A DNA stretch of 64,000 nt, taken from NCBI GenBank assembly GCA_036676495.1, contig JAKFCT010000047.1:1-64000 (forward strand). Direction: 5' to 3'. Below are positions 58,169 through 64,000 of the stretch, piece by piece. Positions within the stretch are counted from its first letter, which is position 1. Each line of letters starts with the position of its first letter. Under the pieces are notes generated by a model. The model was not told the DNA's origin, did not search any database, and was given only the letters and a program-made list of their open reading frames with translations. This DNA is from Candidatus Sericytochromatia bacterium. Lineage in GTDB: Bacteria > Cyanobacteriota > Sericytochromatia > S15B-MN24 > UBA4093. Position numbers and translations under genes: made by a program.

Positions 58169-59049
58169 GCGCGCTGCTCGGCGCCCTCGCGCAGGTCTCG
58201 ATCCTGGTCTTCGCGGTCGCCAGCATGCTGACGGTCGGCCTCAGCTACACGATCGCCCAGATCCTCGCGCCCCTGAGAGACGGCCGCGCCGTCCTGCGCA
58301 CCCTGCTCGCCAACTTCGTCCTCGTGCCCCTCCTGGCCTATGTCCTCGTCCGGGCGCTCGCGCTCCCCGCGGGCGAGGCGATGGGGCTGATGCTGCTCGC
58401 GACGGCAGGGGGGGCGCCCTTCATGATCACGCTGACGGCGATCGCGGGGGGCAACATCGGGATGGCGGCGGGGCTGCTGGTCTTGCTGATCGTCGCGACC
58501 ATGGCGATCATGCCGATCATCGTGCCGCTGCTCACGCCCGACGTCGCGGTGGATGCCATGGCGATCGCCCTCCCCCTCGTCCTGTCGATGCTGCTGCCCC
58601 TCGTCACCGGGCTGATCCTCGACTCGCGGCACCCGCGCCTGGCCGAGCGCTTGCGTCCCGTCACGAACACGCTCTCGAACCTGGCGCTGATCGCGCTGGT
58701 CGCCTCCTTGGTGGCACTCCACCTGAACGCGATCCTGCCCCTCCTCACCGTGAAAAGCGTACTCGCCACGCTGGCCTTTCCCCTCGGCGCCCTCGGCATC
58801 GGGCACCTGCTGGAGAGGCGGGGGGTCATCACGGGCGAGGTCCTCGCGATCGGCACCGCGCAGCGCAACGTCGCGGCCGCCTTGGTGGTCGCCACCCAGA
58901 ACTTCGACGATCGCGCGATCACCCTCATGATCATCTTCGTCGAGATCGTCACGTTGGCCCTGCTCTTCTCGTTCGCATGGCTGATGCGCAAGCGAAGGCC
59001 GCCCGCCAAGACGGCGGCCCATGATCACGGCGCGCCCGGCGCGTCCTGA
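58165..59049 (+). CDS. Bile acid:sodium symporter (BASS) family transporter
   Basis: SMLTVGL, ANFVLVPLLAY, GTAQRNVAAALVVA. Confidence 0.85.
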   Translation: MSALLGALAQVSILVFAVASMLTVGLSYTIAQILAPLRDGRAVLRTLLANFVLVPLLAYVLVRALALPAGEAMGLMLLATAGGAPFMITLTAIAGGNIGMAAGLLVLLIVATMAIMPIIVPLLTPDVAVDAMAIALPLVLSMLLPLVTGLILDSRHPRLAERLRPVTNTLSNLALIALVASLVALHLNAILPLLTVKSVLATLAFPLGALGIGHLLERRGVITGEVLAIGTAQRNVAAALVVATQNFDDRAITLMIIFVEIVTLALLFSFAWLMRKRRPPAKTAAHDHGAPGAS

Positions 59050-59070
59050 TCGGCTAGTAAAGGAGTGACC

Positions 59071-60798
59071 ATGCCTCCGAACCTCCTGGTCCTGTGCGTC
59101 GATCAGTGGCAGCGCCACATGAAGTGGCCCCCCGGCTTTCGCTTACCGGCCGTCGAGCGCCTCGAGGCGCAAGGCGTCTCCTTCGATCGCTACTACTGCA
59201 ACGTCCAGATCTGCACGCCCGCGCGGGCGACGATGTGGACGGGCCTCCATGCCAAGCAGGTCGGCCTCTGGGACAACACCAACTTCGCCTGGATCCAGGA
59301 GCTGTCCCCCGAGATCGTGACCGTCGGGGACATGCTGCGCGAACAAGGCTACTACACCGCCTTCAAGGGGAAGTGGCACCTCTCGAACCTGCCGCTCGAC
59401 GAAAACGCGCTCGAGCCTTACGGCTTCTCGGACTACCAGCAATGGGGCGAGATGTACGGCAAGCCGCTGGAAGGGGAACTCGCGGACGATACGGCCGCCT
59501 TCGAGACCATCGACTGGCTGGAGCACCGGGGCGCCCGGCTGAAAAAGCCTTGGATGCTCGTCTGCAGCCTGCTCAACCCCCACGACATCATGTTCCTCCA
59601 GTCGGATCCGCTCGAGACGCCGCACCCGAACGGGATGATCCACGGCATGCAGTCCCGCGTCCAGCAACTCGGGTGGTTCCAGAAGGACTGGGAGGTCGAT
59701 TTGCCGGAGAATTTCGACGACGACCTCAGCCGCCAGCCCTATGGCGTCAGACACTTCAAGGAGTTCGTCGACCTCAACTACGGGCGGATCCCCGATGAAA
59801 GGCCCGATCTCTGGCGGGTACGCCGGAACTACCTCCTCAACTCCATGCGGCTCGTCGATCGCGAGTTTCAGCGGATCCTGGAGACGCTCGATCGCCTCGA
59901 CATGTGGAAGGACACAATCGTGATCCTGACGGGCGATCACGGCGAGATGAACGGCGCGCACCGGATGGCCCAGAAGGGCGCCATCACGTTCGACGAGGCC
60001 GGCATCGTCAACCTGACCGTCTGCGTTCCCGGCGGACCGCAGGGCCGGCGCACGGCCGCCGTCGGCTCGCACCTCGATCTCGTCCCGACCCTGCTCGCCT
60101 TCGCGGGCATGACCCCGGAGGCGATCGCCGCACGCTACCCCCAGCTGAAAGGGCGCAGCCTGAAGGACGTGATCCTGAACCCCGACCTCGACGGCCCGCA
60201 CGGTAGCACCAAGCGGCCGGGCGACGGCGTGCTGCTGGGCTGGGAAGGCCTGCACCAGCTCGACAACGACTGGGCCATCTCCGGCGCGCTGTGGGCCCTC
60301 ACGGACCTGTCCCTGGTCGGACGCGACGAAACGCCGGAGGCGCTCCAAGCACGCCTGCGGGCCGCGGGCGAGCGGTACGGCGCGCCTGACTTCAGCCGGC
60401 GAACCTTCTTCCGGGCCGTCATGGACGGTCGCTACAAGTTCGTGCGCTGGTTCAGCCCCCAGGAGTACACCCTGCCGACCAGCATCGAGGCCTTGTACGC
60501 CACGAGCGACGTGGCCCTCTACGACCTCGCGGAGGATCCCGGTGAGCTGGAAAACCTGGGAGATCCCCGCCATTCCCGGCACGATCCGGAGCGCGTCACC
60601 CGCATGCTCGCCAAGCTGAACGCGCTGATCCGGCAAGAACTGGGGGAGGACCAAGCGCCGTTCGACCTCGATCTCTTCGGCACGCGCGAGGTGAAGTACC
60701 GCCAGCCGGACTCCTCGCTCCGGGTCTCCTGGGCTCCGCCGCAACCCGAACCCAGCCGCCACGAGGGGCGCCCCCCGCATGAAAGGGCGGACGAATGA
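59071..60798 (+). CDS. Cys-type sulfatase-family hydrolase
   Basis: CTPARATMWTG, GYYTAFKGKWHL, NPHD, GDHGEM; no signal peptide. Confidence 0.9.
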   Translation: MPPNLLVLCVDQWQRHMKWPPGFRLPAVERLEAQGVSFDRYYCNVQICTPARATMWTGLHAKQVGLWDNTNFAWIQELSPEIVTVGDMLREQGYYTAFKGKWHLSNLPLDENALEPYGFSDYQQWGEMYGKPLEGELADDTAAFETIDWLEHRGARLKKPWMLVCSLLNPHDIMFLQSDPLETPHPNGMIHGMQSRVQQLGWFQKDWEVDLPENFDDDLSRQPYGVRHFKEFVDLNYGRIPDERPDLWRVRRNYLLNSMRLVDREFQRILETLDRLDMWKDTIVILTGDHGEMNGAHRMAQKGAITFDEAGIVNLTVCVPGGPQGRRTAAVGSHLDLVPTLLAFAGMTPEAIAARYPQLKGRSLKDVILNPDLDGPHGSTKRPGDGVLLGWEGLHQLDNDWAISGALWALTDLSLVGRDETPEALQARLRAAGERYGAPDFSRRTFFRAVMDGRYKFVRWFSPQEYTLPTSIEALYATSDVALYDLAEDPGELENLGDPRHSRHDPERVTRMLAKLNALIRQELGEDQAPFDLDLFGTREVKYRQPDSSLRVSWAPPQPEPSRHEGRPPHERADE

Positions 60799-60842
60799 GC
60801 ACGGGAACCGCGGGGAGGGGCCGGCGGCGATCGCCCACCCGC

Positions 60843-60871
60843 TTGACGCCAAACACTGTTCGGCTTATAGT
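60843..60871 (+). promoter_or_regulatory. Sigma70-type promoter with operator in the spacer
   Basis: TTGACG-17-TATAGT; spacer holds CCAAACACTGTTCGG. Confidence 0.75.
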
Positions 60872-60878
60872 CTGGAGT

Positions 60879-61484
60879 ATGGCAAACGAAGCACCGCGCG
60901 ATCGAAAGCGCCACCGCAGCCGCTCCCACATCCTGGCCGCGGCGCGCGAACTCATCCTGGAGAAGGGGGCCGAGGCCCTCTCCTTGCGGGAGGTGGCGGC
61001 GCGCGCCGGCTACAGCCCCGCCAGCCTCTACGAGTATTTCGACGGCAAGGACGACCTCGTCGCGACCCTGGTCGCCGAGTCCCATGCGCGTCTCAATGCC
61101 CGCATGCGCGCCCTCCCCACGGCGCTTCCGCCCCCCCGACGGCTGATTCGCCTGGGCCAGGCCTACCTGGCCTTCGCGCGCGAGAACCCCGAGGACTTCG
61201 CCCTCTTCTTCGGACGCACCCCCTCGAAACGTCAGGCCGCAGCCGACCCCGTCACGGGAAGCGCCTACGAGGTCCTTCGCGACGCGGTGGTCGCGGGCCT
61301 GGAGGACGGCACCATGAGGCCCGAAGCGGGAGGGGATGCCGAGGAAATCGCCTACGGCTTCTGGGCCCTGGCCCATGGGCTGGCGACCCTGCAACTCACG
61401 CATCTGCGGGGCTTTCAGGCGGACTTCGAGGCCGCGGACCTCCGGGCCCTGGAAACCTACGTGGCCGGCCTCATGCCGCGCTAG
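60879..61484 (+). CDS. TetR-family regulator
   Basis: LSLREVAARAGYSPASLYEYF; WALAHGLATL. Confidence 0.92.
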   Translation: MANEAPRDRKRHRSRSHILAAARELILEKGAEALSLREVAARAGYSPASLYEYFDGKDDLVATLVAESHARLNARMRALPTALPPPRRLIRLGQAYLAFARENPEDFALFFGRTPSKRQAAADPVTGSAYEVLRDAVVAGLEDGTMRPEAGGDAEEIAYGFWALAHGLATLQLTHLRGFQADFEAADLRALETYVAGLMPR

Positions 61485-61509
61485 GACGGCTCTTTTTATT
61501 TACGCAAAA

Positions 61510-61524
61510 CCGAACACTGTTCGG
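61510..61524. promoter_or_regulatory. Palindromic TetR-type operator
   Basis: CCGAACA-C-TGTTCGG, 14/15 identical to 60849-60863. Confidence 0.75.
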
Positions 61525-61537
61525 AGAAAGGACCGGT

Positions 61538-63043
61538 ATGACCCCGACCTGGTTTCGTTTCTGGTTGTTCCTGGGCGCAGGCCTGCTGATCGCCGCCCAA
61601 ATGCGCTGGCCCGTCTTCCTCGCAGGCTGGCTCGCTCCGCTGCCCTTCCTGATCGCCCTGCGGCACCGCCGCACGGCTCGACAGGGCTGGGAATGGGTAG
61701 CCGTCTACATGCTCGCCTGGGTTGCGGCGACGCTCAAGATCATCACCCCGCCCCTATCCCCCTTCATGGCCTTGGGCTTCGCCCTGCCCATCGGCCTGAT
61801 TCACATGCCCGCCTTCTGGCTCTGGGATCGCCTGGTCCGCAAGGGGCAGCACGCCTGGGCGATCCTGGCGTTCGCGAGCGCCACCGCGGTGCTGGAATGG
61901 CTGCAAGCGACCTTCACCCCGCTGACGTCTTGGGGAGCGAGCGCCCTCACCCAGCTGGACAACCTGCCGCTCCTGCAACTCGCCGCACTCGGTGGCCTCC
62001 CCCTGCTGGCCCTCCTGTTGAATGCGCTCCCCGCCACGCTGGAGTGGGCCGGTTCGCGCGCCTTCGATCGGCGTAGCCGCTGGGCGCTGGCCCTGTTTGG
62101 CCTGCTGTTCCTGGTCGCCCATGGCTGGGGAACGCTGCGCCTGGCGACGCCGCTTGCCGGCCCTCAGGTGCGCGTGGCCGCCGTGGCCACTGACGCGCGC
62201 TTCTCGGGCCCGCCCTTACCCGGTGCCGCCGAGGTGAAGCAATTCGAGCGCACCCTCTTCGAGCGGACCGAAAAGGCGGCAGGAATGGGCGCGCGGCTGG
62301 TGGTCTGGCCCGAAGGCTCCACCTTGGTCCAGACTTCCCAAGAAGCCGAGTTCCTGGCTCGGGTCTCCGAACTGGCCCGCCGCCTGCATGTCGAGCTGAT
62401 CGCCGCTTACGTCGTCCCGCTCTCGGATCAGCCCTTCCGGTACGAGAACAAATACCACTGGTTCGACGCCGAAGGGCGGGACCGCGAAACCTACTTCAAG
62501 CACGTGCCGGTGCCTGGCGAGCCCGCGGTGGCCGGCACGAGCCCACATAGGGCCCACCAGGCTCCATGGGGGCGCATGGCCGGGGCCATCTGCTACGACT
62601 ACGACGTGCCGCCTCTCGCCCGAACGCATGCACGCCTTGGAGTGGACCTGGTCGCCCTACCCTCCTCCGACTGGGCCGGGATCGATCCGATTCACACCCA
62701 GATGGCCGGGATCCGGGCCATCGAAGGAGGCTTCTCGCTGCTTCGCTCGACCCGCTTGGGCCTCTCCGCAGGGATGGATGCCCATGGCCGCATGCGTGCA
62801 TGGATGACGGACCTTGAGCCGAACGAGGGAGTCATGCTGGCCTCCTTACCCATGCAGCGGCTGGCGACCCCCTACAGTCGCTTGGGCGATTGGGTGATCG
62901 TGCCGAGCCTCGCCGTGCTCACCCTCGTCTTCGGACGGCTCTGGACCATGCGGCGGCGCCGGTGGGGGGCACGCGTCGCGGATCTGGCCCCTGAGCGCGC
63001 CGCCCTGGAGCCCGCCCAAGGCGGACGGCGCCCATCCGTTTAG
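61538..63043 (+). CDS. Apolipoprotein N-acyltransferase-like nitrilase-family membrane protein
   Basis: N-terminal TM helices; triad VWPEG, YFKH, ICYD; TPYSRLGDW. Confidence 0.85.
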   Translation: MTPTWFRFWLFLGAGLLIAAQMRWPVFLAGWLAPLPFLIALRHRRTARQGWEWVAVYMLAWVAATLKIITPPLSPFMALGFALPIGLIHMPAFWLWDRLVRKGQHAWAILAFASATAVLEWLQATFTPLTSWGASALTQLDNLPLLQLAALGGLPLLALLLNALPATLEWAGSRAFDRRSRWALALFGLLFLVAHGWGTLRLATPLAGPQVRVAAVATDARFSGPPLPGAAEVKQFERTLFERTEKAAGMGARLVVWPEGSTLVQTSQEAEFLARVSELARRLHVELIAAYVVPLSDQPFRYENKYHWFDAEGRDRETYFKHVPVPGEPAVAGTSPHRAHQAPWGRMAGAICYDYDVPPLARTHARLGVDLVALPSSDWAGIDPIHTQMAGIRAIEGGFSLLRSTRLGLSAGMDAHGRMRAWMTDLEPNEGVMLASLPMQRLATPYSRLGDWVIVPSLAVLTLVFGRLWTMRRRRWGARVADLAPERAALEPAQGGRRPSV

Positions 63044-63065
63044 AAGCCCGTCACCTCAGCCCCCT

Positions 63066-63113
63066 CGAGACAGAGCCACCGACCTTGAGTTTAGGGTCGG
63101 TGGCTCTGTCTCG
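63066..63113. terminator. 19-bp perfect-stem hairpin, probable terminator
   Basis: CGAGACAGAGCCACCGACC-10 nt-GGTCGGTGGCTCTGTCTCG; weak U tract. Confidence 0.5.
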
Positions 63114-63160
63114 TGCGCACGCTTGCTTCGAACTTGCCTCTTTCCCACCCATGTATTACG

Positions 63161-63178
63161 ATTCACCATATAGTGAAT
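63161..63178. promoter_or_regulatory. ArsR/SmtB-type operator
   Basis: ATTCAC-CATATA-GTGAAT inverted repeat in an AT-rich promoter; ArsR-like gene downstream. Confidence 0.6.
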
Positions 63179-63217
63179 TGATTGATTCGTGTCACCATGT
63201 CGAGCAGAGGTTTCTCG

Positions 63218-63859
63218 ATGAAGAACCAGACCAACGTGACCAAGTACCGCATCCTTGCCCCCATATACGACCGCCTCATGGGGCATCGCCTCTTTCGTGC
63301 GGCCAGACGGCGCGCGATCGGCCTCCTGGCGATCGCCCCCCGCGATCGCGTTCTGCTTGTCGGGGTTGGTACGGGCGAGGACTTGCCGTTTCTTCCTCCG
63401 ACGGCCAGCGTCGTCGGGATCGACCTCTCCGAGGAGATGCTCGCGGTCGCGCGCGCGAAGTCCCCCGCCGTCGAGTTGCGGGTCATGAACGCCGAAAAGC
63501 TGGAGTATCCGGAGTCCTCGTTCGATAAAGTCGTCCTCAACTTGGTGCTGAGCGTCGTCGAACATCCCGAGCAAGCTCTGGCGGAGGCCCTGCGCGTCCT
63601 CAAGCCGGATGGCCGGATCGTCGTTTTCGACAAGTTCCTTCCGGCGGGCGAAACGCCCCCATGGGCCCGGCGGATGCTCAATGTCATCACCTCATGGGTA
63701 GGAACCGACATCAATCGGCGCTTTGATGACCTGAGTAGAGGGCTGCCACTGCAGAAGGTGTCGAGCGAACCCTCCGTCTTCGGGGGAAGCTACCAGCTCA
63801 TCCTGCTTGGTAAGCGCAACACCCCGGTCTCACGACCTGAAGCCACGTCCCCTCGCTAG
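63218..63859 (+). CDS. Class I SAM methyltransferase (PmtA-like)
   Basis: YRILAPIYD, LLVGVGTG, GIDLSEEML, RVLKPDG, FDKF; start could be 63197. Confidence 0.85.
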   Translation: MKNQTNVTKYRILAPIYDRLMGHRLFRAARRRAIGLLAIAPRDRVLLVGVGTGEDLPFLPPTASVVGIDLSEEMLAVARAKSPAVELRVMNAEKLEYPESSFDKVVLNLVLSVVEHPEQALAEALRVLKPDGRIVVFDKFLPAGETPPWARRMLNVITSWVGTDINRRFDDLSRGLPLQKVSSEPSVFGGSYQLILLGKRNTPVSRPEATSPR

Positions 63860-63880
63860 GGCGCGATCAAGGAGCGGATC

Positions 63881-64000
63881 ATGCAAGACACCAAACCCAG
63901 CGCGGATAGCTGCGAGATCTCCTACGTCCACGGGGAGACCGTCGAAGCGATCACCGCCGACATGCCCCCTCGAGAAGCCGTCTTCGCGATGGCCGAGACC
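63881..64000 (+). CDS. ArsR/SmtB (CadC/CzrA-like) regulator, 5' part only
   Basis: AAGGAG RBS; MQDTKPSADSCEISYVHGETV..AVFAMAET resembles CadC/SmtB N-termini; runs off the window. Confidence 0.6.
   Translation, partial: MQDTKPSADSCEISYVHGETVEAITADMPPREAVFAMAET

Noticed and set aside
61510-61524. LexA box
   Set aside because: Spacing is GAAC-N3-GTTC, and the twin copy in the adjacent TetR promoter points to a TetR operator.

Overview
High-GC bacterial chromosomal window with about 60 CDS and no recognisable rRNA, tRNA, CRISPR array, transposase or integrase. The taxon cannot be established from sequence alone. Content is mostly housekeeping and accessory genes: a seven-gene Mrp antiporter operon, lemA-htpX, lspA, a type IA topoisomerase, an amino-acid ABC transporter, a P-type ATPase, two-component genes, several lipoprotein peptidases (C11, C1, zincin), two TetR modules, a sulfatase cluster, and the start of an ArsR/SmtB operon at the right edge. 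Four signals are not explained by ordinary annotation. (1) A dispersed, modular rod-hairpin DNA element, often bounded by CTAG and abutting TAG stops, mostly between convergent genes. It has GNA loops, one compensatory base-pair change, tandem amplification (55 and 74 bp units) and two optional inserts, one a fixed-length 39-nt loop with conserved ends and a variable middle. (2) A membrane-less FlhA/FHIPEP cytoplasmic-domain protein with a CxxxCxxC motif, divergent from a SNF2 ATPase, with a probable YqhG-like partner carrying a 24-Cys array 2 kb downstream. (3) A perfect GAAC-N4-GTTC LexA-type box on topA and a degenerate copy in the same promoter geometry on the SNF2 gene. (4) CTTAAC upstream of four lipoprotein genes. 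All family calls come from motif recognition by eye; no database search was run.
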